Shown piece after piece: positions 11,609 through 23,832 of a stretch of DNA of 64,000 bases (the stretch's first letter is position 1; the number at the start of each line of letters is the position of its first letter). The position numbers and the translations under genes were made by a program. The notes beneath the pieces are model-generated. The model saw only the letters and a program-made list of their open reading frames with translations, did not search any database and was not told where the DNA came from. This DNA comes from Schizochytrium sp. TIO01 (Eukaryota; Protista; Bigyra: Labyrinthulomycetes): assembly GCA_004764695.1 (NCBI GenBank), contig SMSO01000032.1, forward strand, positions 6,728,483 to 6,792,482, in the 5' to 3' direction.

Positions 11609-12711
11609 GTGTTCTATTTGGGGGGTTGTCCGCAACTTCAAAAGTTGAGGGCTCTGATGTTTGGGTGTGCGGATGCTCACTCGTCCCAATGGGATGCGCT
11701 ACCAAGACGAGCGTGGGTTACTCAAAGCTTACCCAGCAAATGCTCTTGTGAGTCTCGATGAGGATAGTGCCAAGGGCGATATTAGCGCACACGCGTTGGG
11801 ACAGATGGCCCAAGCAGGTTTCCCTCGTGTGTATGGCGAGTCCTATCGAGTGTTTCTGAAGGACAGCACGCAGTCTAGCCTCGTGTTCTTAGCGAGCAAG
11901 ACCTTGACGTCCCGAAGTGGGTGGCGCAGGCGCAGAGTTTGGCAAAACTCGAAACCTGAATGCACTAACTTGTGCTTTCTCGCTTCTTGCCCGCGATCGC
12001 TGTCTTTGTGGTTGGACGGACTTCCTACCCACCCACCCTTGCGAAGCTCGCTTCCTCTCGGGCTCCGCTGTTTCTGCCGGGACTCCTGAGCGAGCGTTCT
12101 TGAGCTTCTGTCCGAGTTGAGTTCTAAAATGTCAGCACTTTGACAACAATTCAATGGCGCTCTCGGGATGCCGGATGTCTCCCAGAGTTCGGGTTTTGCT
12201 TAAAGTCTTTCTCGCTGGCCGCTTTTAAATGTTTTCATTTTATTTTAAGCCTTACTAAGTAGTAGCACCTACCTACCTACCTACCCGTAGAGTGATTATT
12301 CTAGTGATGAAAAGTTTTAAAGTTAAAGAATAAAAAAGTATAGAAAGCGAGGAAATTGCATTCACGACACGAATATTCCTCTCTCCAGCCGCGGCTATAA
12401 AAACGAAGTAGTCTCCTCTTTCCCGGTAGTTCACTTCCTCTCTACTTTCAACCTGAGTATGCATACTCAACTAGTGAGTGGGCTTGCAGCTCCATGCACT
12501 GTCTCGCACCCTTATATAAGTCAGTGCCTACGTGCCTACTATCAAATATCGTAGTGACAGTCCTCCAATTTCGAACTTTCCTATAGGTTTACAAATATAT
12601 AAACAAAATGAGTTTAACCTGAACAATTTAGAATAAACTAAAATTAAAAGTTACAGGCACTACGGGATGCAATTCGCTAGAACGTGTGTGTCTCGCCTTC
12701 ATTCATCCGTT

Positions 12712-12754
12712 CATCCATCCATCCATCCATCCATCCATCCATCCATCCATCCAT
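12712..12754 (+). repeat. (ATCC)n microsatellite
   Basis: catccatccatcc... about 10 units read directly. Confidence 0.95.
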
Positions 12755-14320
12755 CTCCAGAGCTTTGTATATCACCAATCCTAGGCTCTCTTCTGATCCT
12801 GCCTGGCGACAGTCGGTGATCCAAGCTGGAGCCAATGACAGGAGCTATCGATACAAGCTGCTTGCTTGCTGCGCTGTTCGCCTGCGAGTTTCTCCAGGAC
12901 GGCGCGGCCTTACACAAGAATACCGCAGTGCCAGCTTTCCCCTCTCCAGCTTCTTCAAGTCGTCCAGCCTGTGAGCACCGCTAGCTTCGCTTCTGTGTAA
13001 GACTGTGTTCCAGGTGCGTTCGCTTTGCGGTTCTTGGAAAGAAATGTAGGCCTGGACAGACGGGCAAGCAAAATAATTAAAAAACAGCACTCGCCTTGCG
13101 AGGCAAGTCTCGTTTCATGTGCAAAGTCCGTGTGGAAAGACGCAGCGACGTGGGGCCTACTCGTCTACGAACAGCTGAGATCATAGTGCAGGGGAGGTAG
13201 ACGAGAGGGCGGAGACCGTGTCGGTGAAGGGTGCTTTATGGAGCTGCAATCGCTCGAGCTTTATTTCAATTTTTCAATTTTTCATTTTTTCCATTTGCTT
13301 ATTTGTTTATTTTATTATTTTAATTTGTCACTTTAAAAAAAAAATAGGCTCTTTTCAAATAGAATTAGAGAGAACCCAAACCGCGTAAGTTGGAGGACCA
13401 AACTCCTTTTCTGAGCTCTTCTCATTTCCAAGTCATTACCTTTGAAACGAAACCTCCCAATCCATATACACGCCAGGGAACCGATAAGAAGAGCGAGGGC
13501 GGCAGCGGCAATGCTTTCAACCTCGCTCAAGATCCGGGCGACGCCCTGGTGGATCGAGGGCGGTCTATTGTGAGAAGATCTCTTCCCTCTTCAATCTTGT
13601 CTAATACTCAATCCCAATTGAAGGTCAATGCTTACTCGCTCTAGCTAGAGAGTTAGGCATACTTTGTCATTCATTAATTTATGTACTTTCCACCCCAAAA
13701 GAATCATGAATTAATTCACGAGAACCAGAATGAATGAATGAACAAATGAACAAATAAATAAATGAATTCTTTGCAATGCTAATCCAAGCCCGGATCCCGA
13801 TGGAGCAGACGCCGCCGCGCTCTCGGCGTGCTCGCGCTCTCCGGCTTGCTCGTCTCCCTCGCCGCGAGCTTGGCATTTGACGTGCTGTTTCGGGGCGGAT
13901 GGCGTCAGGTTTTTGGCGTCGTGCAACCAAAGGAGCAGAATGCAAAGCCGTGTCTCTGGGACAGCTCATGAAAGAAAATCAAGGCGGCTTCATGCCGGGA
14001 GGGCTTCGCTAACTCGCGTCCGCCCAAGATGATGCCCGGCTGAAGCGAAGCGCGGGTTCCTCGAGGCCAGCTTCGCCGACTGATCTGCGCTGTTTGTAGA
14101 TGGAGGAGACACAGATGCTTTGCATTCTCAGAAGCTCAGTGGATTAGCTAGCTAGCTAGCTAGCCAGCCCCGAGGTCCATGGGTTACGGATGCGATGCCG
14201 GAGCGCACAAGAGAATCAAATTCACCATCAACGGGGACTCCACGAAGGCTTATTGGCGAGCGGAGTGCGTGATGCGTGAGTGCGTGCGTCCGACCGGCCA
14301 CTCGAAAGGCTTACGCGGAG

Positions 14321-14384
14321 GCAAATGCTTGCAAATGCTTGCAAATGCTTGCAAATGCTTGCAAATGCTTGCAAATGCTTGCAA
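14321..14384 (+). repeat. Perfect 10-bp tandem repeat (GCAAATGCTT)x6.4
   Basis: Six exact copies at 14321-14380 plus gcaa. Confidence 0.97.
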
Positions 14385-16816
14385 TGGCTCGTGGAGTGCT
14401 CACCTGCGATGGTTAACAGAGAGCGAAGAAGAGCAGATCGAGGACAACAACAACTTGAAGGGAGTAGGCGATAAGCTTCGCAGAAGGTGCTCACAACGAA
14501 GTGAACAGCCTGCCATGAAATGGAGGCGAGTGGCCAGAGCAATCGAAACCCAGGCGAGAATGCCTTCGAACCCGAGCTCGAACAGGTTAGCTTTCAGGGA
14601 TGTCACTCCTTCGAGTTGGGGAACCCCAATTTTGACATGGGTAGCATCGCGCGCTCCATCGCACTGGCACATGCGTTGCGCTACTTGTCTTGCGTGTATC
14701 GCATTATTACGCCACGGCACCAGTTATTCGCATAGTTGCTGTCAGTATTGCTTCCTCATTTGGGGTACATTTGATTACATTGTTGGGTTGGTTGTCTTTC
14801 GAACATATGAGGCCGATGTGCATGGAGCAGCTGCAGGTTGGCTGGGCTTCAAGCTTCGTTCATTGCGCCTTTCCAAGCTACTGAGTGCTAGATCTACGAG
14901 ATGCCCCAGCCACCCAAGCGAGGTCTCAAGCTAAGAGCTCCTAGGCAGCTTTTTGTCGAGTGTAACTGTGCCTTGATTGTTGGGCAAGAACAGCACGATT
15001 CCTTTTCTCTTTTTTAACCTTATTAGTACCATTTTTATGATTTATGTTTCTTTCCTTAAGTTATATGTTTTTTTCATTATGAAAATTGTAAAAATATGAA
15101 TGCTGATGAAAATCGAATGATAATAATGAAAGGATGATTGGGGCGTGATCGCGATTAGTTTCGTCGAGCGGACTCAGCGCCGGGTCTGCCTCCGCCTTGG
15201 GCTCCAGAGCCATCCGTCTTCGGGAGGGACCACTTCGGGGTCGGGTGTAATGTCGCCAGAAACAAGAATCTCGAGCAGTTGAATGGGGCGTAGTAGAGAT
15301 GCGCAGCAGCCCAAGCTTGGGTAAGCTATAGCGTCGCGAAGATGAGTGAATAAGTAAGATGCTCTTCTATGGGCTTGCTAGACCCACACTGCCCTGCACG
15401 CTGTGTGAATCAGTGCACATTTTGTTGAGGCTGTGGGAAACAAAACCCCACACCTCGGGATCGGCGGTGTGGACGCCCCTCTGCGGAAGGTGCGCAGAAG
15501 TCGTGCTGGAGATCTCGGTGCAAAAGTTGGGTTCTAGCACGCTTGAGCGTGCTAGCGCCGGCTTTTGCAGCTTTCTGTTACAGGAGAAATGTTAGAAAGT
15601 TTTAGAGAATAACGATGATGAAAATTGGTGGCAGGGAACCCTGGAACAGGGAAAGCGAGCTTTGTTTTTGCTATGCTCCACATGATCTACTCCTTTCAAT
15701 TTAAGCACGTAGTACTAAGTACCCATCAGGAAATCGTTGTTCGTTGTTCATATCTTCAGCTCCAGCTAGCTACTACGTGCCTACATCTTGGTAGCTTACA
15801 ACGATCGGATTTCCATCTGTTGAGGCGTCAGCAGAGAATCTTTGATGAGCGTTGAATTCTCGAGACGCACGATGTTGTTTCCAAGGTTTCTGCTCTTCAA
15901 GATATGTATTTATAGATAGCATTTTGGCATCAGTTGCCTGTTTTGAGAGTGCACCAAAACAACGACGTTAGAACATCCCAGATTTCATAAAGACACAGAG
16001 AGAAAGATTTTAGGAAATCAGGGAAAACCACCGGCTGGGTGATGAGAGAAAAAAACTTATATTCTCATCTTTTAAAAGTAATATAACAATACGTACTCGT
16101 TTGGGGAAACAAACTCATTGGAGCGATGTGCGACGCGTCGCCTTAATTCTGCTAACGCTTGGAGGTCGCGAGATCACCGACCAGCATTGCACTGCCGCCC
16201 AGATGCGCGCTCGGCCAGGTGGCCGAAGGATCGAATCTCGAAGGTCAAAGAAATATCTTCGCTGGCGCCTGGGCATAAAGACGGACCCTACCATGTAAAC
16301 TTTTGCTCCGCAGCCTTTTGGCCAGATCTTCACACAACACAGACAGACCCACTCACTATCACCCACAAAGCCTGCAACAGCGAGGATGAAAAGCGTTGCG
16401 GAGGGCCGGCTTGCGAGTGATTCGAACGATGACTATTCCGACTCAGTAGGTGCGTGAGTACCTATCCAGCTAGCCAGTGGTTTCAAGATCGAAATGCAAC
16501 AATGAATCCCAAGCTGTACCTGGCCACGAGGTTTACAAGGGTGCTTGGGCTGGCGAAGGGGCGACACATACTGAGAGCCTCGCCTCCTCAGCGGTAGTAA
16601 TGCTATTTGGTGCTATGGCGACCTTCATCGTATAAGAAGAGGATAGCGACATGAAATTAGACGCAGCTCAAGTGTTTGGAAACATAATTTATCACAAAGA
16701 GGCCTTGGCCAGTGACCTCATGCAAGCGCCCTTGGCTTCACCTCCTCATGTCAATTTAAACGAAGCCCTCGGTTTCAGACCAAGTCATTTAGCTCAGCAG
16801 CATGCTGAAAGATTAT

Positions 16817-19573
16817 TTAGGCTGCTGGTACGATGCGAATTACAGCGACAGTCTCGGCCTCAGATTTATGCATTGGATGTTCATGCAAATCAGCTGCGGC
16901 GCCAGGGACTGAGGTTTTGGAGAGCTTACCTTTCAAACGAAGAGCAGAGGAGCACACGAATTCATCCTCTGAGCTGCGATACACTACACAGCGCAGCTCG
17001 CAAGGAATTTGCGTAGCAGTCGGGCAAGAGGCACCGGAGAAATTTCTTGGGGCATGCAGATCTTCACCAAAATTCTCCAGACCTGGCGAGACAATCAGTC
17101 CTCCCGTGAGTGCTTCTGGTACCAGTGATACTGGCTTGTCCACGAAATCGAGCCCAAGAGTCTCTAAGGAAATTAATACGCGACCTCCCTTGAAATTGTC
17201 GACAAGGTTCACAGACAATGTGCTCTCTGATGCGGTCCAAAAGCAAGACGTTATGCACTCCGGGCACCTACTAAGGAAAACGTCTTCAACATCGCCTACT
17301 TTATGTGTAGAGTTTCTTAGCACATCGTGCAGTGATATCCTCACGAGGAGGTCTTTGTAAGTCAAAACAGGTTTTCTACGTGTTTCCTGAGACTTTTCAT
17401 TTGTTCTATCGCCAGCTTGGGCAATGCTATGCAGCGAGAGAATAATGCCACAGAAATCATCCTCGCGATCTTTACGACCATGGATGATTTCTGCTGTCGC
17501 ATAAAGGGGGACATGCAGTGGGCGCCATTCTGAATGCGACCAGTATAAAGCCACATTCTCCTCGACTCCATCTCCTTTCATGGACAAGTTGCATCTCATG
17601 ATTGTTTTTTTCTGCCCATCTTGTACGAGTTCTGCACATGCAGGATCGACGCGGAAAACAATGTTTTTCTCTTCGTTCTCTTCTGGATATCCTAATTCTG
17701 TGAGATCGATCGTGACACCACACAGAGGAGTCGGATGTGTGGTAGACACATATACTTTGCCACGGACCATGCATTTTGATACCTGCATTTGCGCTATCTG
17801 TTCATCCCAGACACAATCCGCGATTAACTGCTCACGGACGGAAATCTTCAGCCCGTAGTCCTCTGTACATTCAGTCTTTTCTAAGCTGACCATTGGTTCT
17901 TTGGTATCAACTTGGCTTTCCGCATCGCCCAAGTTCAAGTCCTCAGCATAGACCAAATTACTCATTGTAGATGAAGATTCTAGACCCCCTGGAGTCATAT
18001 CCTTGAAGGGATCCCATATAACTTCATTGGTAACCTTGTCCTTATCAATCACAGATTTTGATCTGTTAGACGAAATGCTAAGAGTGATCACTCCATGTTC
18101 TGTTCTTTCTTGTTCTGTTTGGAAAGGGTCCCAGATGACTTCTGGCGAGAGGTCCTCTAGTACTGGAGAAGACTCGAACTCCTTTGTAGTTGTGCTCTCG
18201 CGCTCTGCTAAAGAGCTTTCTCCGTATGGAAAAGTATCATTAGGATAACCAGTACGCTCGCTTAAAGATTTCCTATATTCATATTGAAGTCCCGTTAGTG
18301 GGCCTAAGGTAGTACTCGCATCTCCAGATTCTCTTAGCTCATCTCTAAAAGGGTCCCATGAAACTGAAGAATCCTGCATATCCAGAGTCTCAAAAGCAGT
18401 TGTGAATTCATCAGGGGCAACTATCGATGTGTCCTGGGTGTTCAAACCGTCTTGATGCTGCTGGCGTTGAAAGATTGCTGACATAGCCACGTCAGAGTCA
18501 CTCCCCAGAAATGGATCGAAGGCGACTTCCTCGCGAGTCGAGACCTCCTCTAATGCTACCTCTGCCCGAGCACTGCCCTGCGGCAAGCCGCTTACATGCA
18601 ATTCTTTTTGCCTTGATCCTGCAGGGCGTGTATCCTGGAGCACGGGGCTGTCAAAGACAGGTGGTGATACCTGAATGCACATTTCAGAGATTGTCTCGCC
18701 AAAATCCTCCTCTACCAGAGATTGCCAATACATTGCCGCTTTTCGCTGCTGTTTAGATGCCTTTTTGCGTCGATCACGTTTGGAATTTGGGGATGACATA
18801 CCTGGCTGTGTCTGCACAAATGAGCTGAGGCCAGGGAACACCGTCGCTGTAGGCACGCTGGCTCGCTCTTCAAGGTCGTGGAGGGCAGCCACTTGCATTT
18901 TTTCTTCAAGGAAATCATGTTGCATAGCCTCCCAAACCTTCAGGCGTCGTCCTTCATCGGGATCCGGCTTGCTCAAACGCATTTCTGCAAGCTCTTGTTG
19001 GCTCATGCTTCGCGAAAGGTTTTTATTAGACGAGCCCCTCTCTGGAGTAGAGTTGGGCAAATATGACAGCCCCGTTACTGACAGAGGGCGCTTTATCAAG
19101 TCCATGGCATCTCGACCTGTGCACAGAATTCGAAGCAGAGCGATCAGAATGTCTCCAAAATTCCGGTTCACTCGCTTTGCCGTGACTTTCTGATCGCAAA
19201 GAACCAATAAGTAGTCAAGAACTCGACCCAAAACAACAGCTGTTTCCCAAATCTCGTCAGAAATGTAACTACAACTTACGATCCAAATATGCTGGCAAAG
19301 CACATAGTGCACGCGATAGGACCCAGCAACAATGTAAACATCCTGTGTTCGTTATTAGCTTGTAAGAGAATCCGTTTCTGTCAGCCACTCCACACTCGAG
19401 ACCAATCATAGCTTAAATTGCCAAAATTATACACTCACCTCAGCAGGATCTCGAGGGAACCGTCTGTGCAGAACTTTTGCAAAACCTTGCAGAATTTGCT
19501 CTGCTTTGTTGAGCATAAGTAAACCTATAGCACACAGCCACCCCAGAGGTGCATAGAGTTCCTTTCGCACCAT
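16817..19573 (-). CDS. Medium-subunit-type coat adaptor: N-terminal longin domain, DPF-rich linker, C-terminal mu-homology domain (TCUP/TML-like); exons 19573-19439 and 19342-16817
   Basis: Spliced N-terminus DVYIVAGSYRVHYVLCQHIWIVSCS...KVTAKRVNRNFGDILIALLRIL resembles the longin domain of TML/delta-COP-type medium subunits; LKISVREQL...SKCMVRGKVYVS resembles the start of a muniscin/mu-homology domain. An additional upstream exon is possible. Confidence 0.7.
19343..19438 (-). other. GT-AG intron (96 nt)
   Basis: Donor GAG|GTGAGT, branch-like GCTAAT, acceptor ACACAG|GAT; joins a 45-codon ATG exon in frame to the 831-aa ORF. Confidence 0.8.
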
Positions 19574-20282
19574 GCATTCACCAAAAGTTCAAGGTCTTTG
19601 TCAGGATTTATTCAGGCGTCACCCAAGAGTTATATGTCCTCTCAGAAAACTAGTTCAAGGTACTATGGTTTTGGGACTTGTCTTCCATTCTGCAAACGAT
19701 GCTTACCTGCGTGTTGAAGAGCCAACGTATTTCCCTCGCCACTCACGAGCGCCACAAAGAGCGCAGGCATGTCTCTATGTCTTACCCAGGGCCTCTAGCA
19801 ACACAAGGAGCACGAGTTCTTGGTTTGCTGCTTGATCGTTTTCAGGACAGGTCTTTCCAAACAGAATCTTTTTAGGTTAGTTCTCTATCAATCATCCATC
19901 CCTTCAATAATAGATAATAGAAAAGGGAAAGAGGAGCTCTACCTAGTTAGGTAGACAGGTAATACTCTCTATCATATAGTTCATCATTGAGACTAAGAAC
20001 TTAAAGCAACAGTAAGAAGGGATTAGTGAGTCTTACACACGCAAGAAGTCTTTAAAGCTTTCAAGGACTTCAGTTTTCAATCATTTCTCTTTCCTTTGGT
20101 CCTGAAAAGAGAGGAAAACGAAAGGGAGGAAGAAAAGCAGCCTCTATGACTGTCTTATCTATAGCTAGTCATAACTGCTAGGAGTTGCCCTTTGGTGAGC
20201 GAGCAGGTCTATGGCCAGCAAACTCCGATAGACACCGCGAAGAACTTCTCCTGTAGAGGTCGCACGAAAGCTTTGAGAAAAG

Positions 20283-21268
20283 ATGGCTCCACACTGCTGC
20301 GCCGCTATGATCGGCCCGTCCGTCCTGGACTGTGATATGGTAAGTCTCGGTTTGAAGCTACGCGAGGCAGCAGCGAATCAACTTTGGCATGAACGGAGCA
20401 ATGGTTGAAGTTGAGCTTCTGTCGCGAAGGTGAAGATATCGAAGATGAAAATAAAAAGACCACTGCGATGATTCGCTGAGGGTCGAGAAGTTTGTCATTG
20501 AGAGACTGACCAAGTTCGCAATTCGGAATTTATATCGGGTTGAATTTAACATTGTCATATGACATATCGTGATCTGCTCAGGCCAACCTGCAATCTGAGG
20601 TGGAGCGTGTGCTTGAGGCAGGTGCCGACTACATCCACTTGGACGTTATGGACGGTCACTTTGTGCCAAACATCTCTTTTGGCCCTTACGTTATCGAATG
20701 CCTTCGTCGTCACGTACCGGATGTCCCTTTTGATTGCCATATGATGACCAGTGAGCCTGAGAACTGGGTTGCTGGCGTGGCAAAGGCTCAGGGAAGCAAG
20801 GCTGGTCTTCTCACTTACACCTTTCACTTAGAGACCACAGAGAGCCGTAACAAGACCCAGGAGGTCATTGATTCCATCAAGGCTAACAACATGCGTGTTG
20901 GTCTTAGCATCAGCCCTGACACCCCTGTTGAGGAGCTTCTCAAGTATGCCGACCAGATCGACCTCGCCCTGGTTATGACTGTTCACCCTGGCAAAGGTGG
21001 GCAATCCTTTATGGAGGACATGATGTCCAAGGTCCGCAAGATCCGTGAACTCTACCCGAACCTCGACATCGAGGTTGATGGCGGCGTCAAGCCGGCCACT
21101 GTCGACGCTGCTGCCGAGGCTGGTGCGAACCTTATCGTGTCTGGCTCTGGTGTGTACAAGGCCAAGGATATGGCAGAGAGCATCGCCACGATGAAGCGCA
21201 GTGTCGAGAAGCTTGGCCAGGGTAAAGCTGAGGAGGATCTCTCCCCCTTGCGCTCGGACTCTAACTAG
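20283..21268 (+). CDS. RPE: Ribulose-phosphate 3-epimerase (exons 20283-20339, 20582-21268)
   Basis: Spliced protein MAPHCCAAMIGPSVLDCDM/ANLQSEVERVLEAGADYIHLDVMDGHFVPN; also DCHMM, VMTVHPGKGGQ, IEVDGG and VSGS motifs of RPE. Confidence 0.97.
20340..20581 (+). other. GT-AG intron (242 nt) in RPE
   Basis: Donor GTAAGT at 20340, acceptor CTCAG ending 20581; removal restores the conserved IxPSxL N-terminus in frame. Confidence 0.93.
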
Positions 21269-21513
21269 GCCTAGTAGTCAATCCCCTTATTTTTTTTAAG
21301 TATGTTGGTATTTTGTAGTAAAAGGGAATCTGTTCTGTGAAGTTGTTGCGCTTGTACTCTTGGAATTCTACGGACTTGACAACATTAAACTCAAGGACAA
21401 ACATTGTCTTAAATTACCCCTCCCATGATGTATAATTATGATTGTGTGTTCTTGTTGATTGGAGAGTGAACAACATAGTTGACAAAAATTCTTGATGTTT
21501 ACATTCATTATTA

Positions 21514-22269
21514 CTAAAAGTCAAAATGGCTTATACCCCGCCCCCAGAATGCTATCAACAGACTACTAACCAGGAGCAGAGGCCTCTTCATTGCTGCTAC
21601 CGAATTCACCTTGATAGTTATCTTCTCTTGAAAAATCTTAGTTGTTTCCGATGCTGCTACCTCTATAGCAATCGCCTCGCAACTTGTAACACCTCTCCAG
21701 TAAGCCACAACATTATCATGTTCTTCGGCGTAGATGATTAACTCATAGCCGGTCATCATGAGTGAGAGATCCGTACGATTTAAATCGCATCTCACGATGG
21801 TACGATCATCAACTGTACTGCGTCTGGCAAATCGGAATTCCCATGTTGTTTCATTCAATTTGATTAAGTCCATTGCATCGCTGTTTTTAGTTGCTAAAGG
21901 GTTGCTCATGTCGCATTCTAGCGGGAAGTATAGATCTGATGAGAAGTCAAGCCTTCGATTGTTACAACATGTTAAGCAATACGAAGAATCACCTGTAAAT
22001 GTGGAAGTCCATGAGAAATCAGAAAATACGCCGCTCAAGTCCGACGAATCAGTTCCTTCATCTTCATTATACACACAAGTTGTCATGTTGATTCCTGAGT
22101 AGCATTCTGACAGGAGCCCTTGAACATTGTCTTGTGTTGACTTGTCTACTAGCTGCCCGTAAATATCGCTTGTCTGTTCAATAGCTACTGAGACGCACAC
22201 TTGAGAGGCAAGAGTGCCAATCAGACACACTGCTGCCTTTAGCTTTGGTCTAGGCCGTGGTCGCCTCAT
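21514..22269 (-). CDS. Secreted or surface Cys-containing hypothetical protein (signal peptide, hydrophobic C-terminus, possibly GPI-anchored)
   Basis: Met at 22269 gives MRRPRPRPKLKAAVCLIGTLASQVCVSVA; several Cys and N-x-T sites; C-terminal LLLVSSLLIAFW. The upstream ORF extension runs through a homopolymer tract and is unlikely to be coding. Confidence 0.75.
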   Translation of the reverse strand: MRRPRPRPKLKAAVCLIGTLASQVCVSVAIEQTSDIYGQLVDKSTQDNVQGLLSECYSGINMTTCVYNEDEGTDSSDLSGVFSDFSWTSTFTGDSSYCLTCCNNRRLDFSSDLYFPLECDMSNPLATKNSDAMDLIKLNETTWEFRFARRSTVDDRTIVRCDLNRTDLSLMMTGYELIIYAEEHDNVVAYWRGVTSCEAIAIEVAASETTKIFQEKITIKVNSVAAMKRPLLLVSSLLIAFWGRGISHFDF

Positions 22270-22869
22270 TGAGACCTTCGCCACCACCTGATTCTCATTT
22301 GGGTCAAGGGTTCTGTCAAAGTTTAAGACAGCAACGGTCCTTTTTCTCCCCCCCCTTTTTTTTTTTTTTTTTTTTGTAAAGAAAAACAACATTAACAATA
22401 AATACATGAGTAATGGTACTCCTACAGGAAATCACGAATCATCTTTCGAGTGATCCATTGCTAACACGCACTTGAGCTCGGGGATACACATGTTTGAAGT
22501 TAACATCGAGAAATGTATATTAAGAAACTGTGAGCGAATCAATTGTTAACGCGATTTACTCCAAAAAATGGATTTTTTGCGTTTTTGGTCAATAAAAATC
22601 AAGAAATATTTCAGTCATGGCTTTGCAGAACAATTTGTTGGATTAGTAGTTATAACATAATTTGGGAGCGCCCTCTGGTGTTCTACCTCGGGAAGTATGT
22701 CACGAAAAGTAAGGAAGAAAGGAGGGTGTTTTTAAAAAAAAAGAAAGAAGAAAAAACATGTCATCAACTGATATCTCGATTGATGTGTCGAGAAGATAAA
22801 ACGTTGGAAAGGGTCCAAAGCATTTGACAGACAGTCGCTTCAAATCGCTAGCCGCATCCAGAACTAGCA

Positions 22870-23832
22870 TTAGTCTGATTGTTGAGAAGGGATAAGTGCG
22901 TCTGTTTCCCTGTTTCGCTTGCCAAGCTTGGGCAATATAAAGAATACACTAGTCGTTGCTTTGTAGTTTTCGTAGTCAGGCTGACCTCCCCATTTCTCAT
23001 CAGCTCGTTTCTCAAGAAGAGGGACACCTGAGACAAAATTGAGTAAGCAAAATACAAAGACGGGGGATAGTACGGCTGCCCATTGTGTTCCCTCAAAGCT
23101 GGATGCACAGAAAAGAAACATACCAGTCCATAAAGTAAATTCACCACAGTAATTCGGGTGTCGAGAATAATACCAAAGACCATACTCAATAAACTTGCCC
23201 TTGTTGGCTGGATTCTCACGCCAAACAGATTTTTGATGATCTGCTAGAGCCTCAATGCCCATGCCAAGGACCCAGATGGCCAAGCCAACATAATCTAGCG
23301 GGCCGAGCCCACGTTCAGAGGTAGTTGCATTAGCAATGAGAACCGCATACGCAGTGACAAACACCCAGAGTGCTTGAATGTTCCAGACATTCAAGAATCG
23401 CAGGAAATTGGGCTTAATTTCGTCGAAGCGACCATCTTTGCCGTCGCGTAGAATGCGCCTAAACAAGAAGCTTCCGAGGCGGACGGCCCAAATCGTCACT
23501 AAAATGCTTGCAATGGTCGGCCGCAAGCTCACGGGACCTGATTTGCTTTTGTAGCCCGCAGAAAATGTGTACCATGTGCAGGTGAGATAAGTCAGACTTC
23601 CTGTTAGATCAAAGAATCTCTCGGTCTGAAATACATATGCGTGCACGAAAACCAGAAGATTGATGCCGAAGCTCAAGACTATTGCCATTTGCAAGATTGT
23701 GAGCTTAGGCACGAAAGGATCGTCACGACCAGCACCAAGGTAAGTAAGACCTATTGCAACTCCCCAAACGACTACCAGCGCAACGAGACTTAAGAGGGCC
23801 TTGAGTGCCGGTGAGCGCTCTGCTTGAACCAT
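22870..23832 (-). CDS. DUF1295 / steroid 5-alpha-reductase C-terminal-like multipass membrane protein
   Basis: Motifs ERFFDLTGS, WAVRLGSFLFRRI..DGKDGRF, EALADHQK, GLWYYSRHPNYCGE, SGVPLLEKRA; first ATG at 23832. Confidence 0.92.
   Translation of the reverse strand: MVQAERSPALKALLSLVALVVVWGVAIGLTYLGAGRDDPFVPKLTILQMAIVLSFGINLLVFVHAYVFQTERFFDLTGSLTYLTCTWYTFSAGYKSKSGPVSLRPTIASILVTIWAVRLGSFLFRRILRDGKDGRFDEIKPNFLRFLNVWNIQALWVFVTAYAVLIANATTSERGLGPLDYVGLAIWVLGMGIEALADHQKSVWRENPANKGKFIEYGLWYYSRHPNYCGEFTLWTGMFLFCASSFEGTQWAAVLSPVFVFCLLNFVSGVPLLEKRADEKWGGQPDYENYKATTSVFFILPKLGKRNRETDALIPSQQSD

Noticed and set aside
14179-14934. 251-aa ORF containing CLQMLANACK repeats
   Set aside because: Length is partly due to a stop-free 10-bp repeat whose period is not a multiple of 3; no family resemblance.
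22270-22407. N-terminal extension MYLLLMLFFFTKKKKKK of the secreted protein
   Set aside because: Translated homopolymer tract; the downstream Met gives a proper signal peptide.
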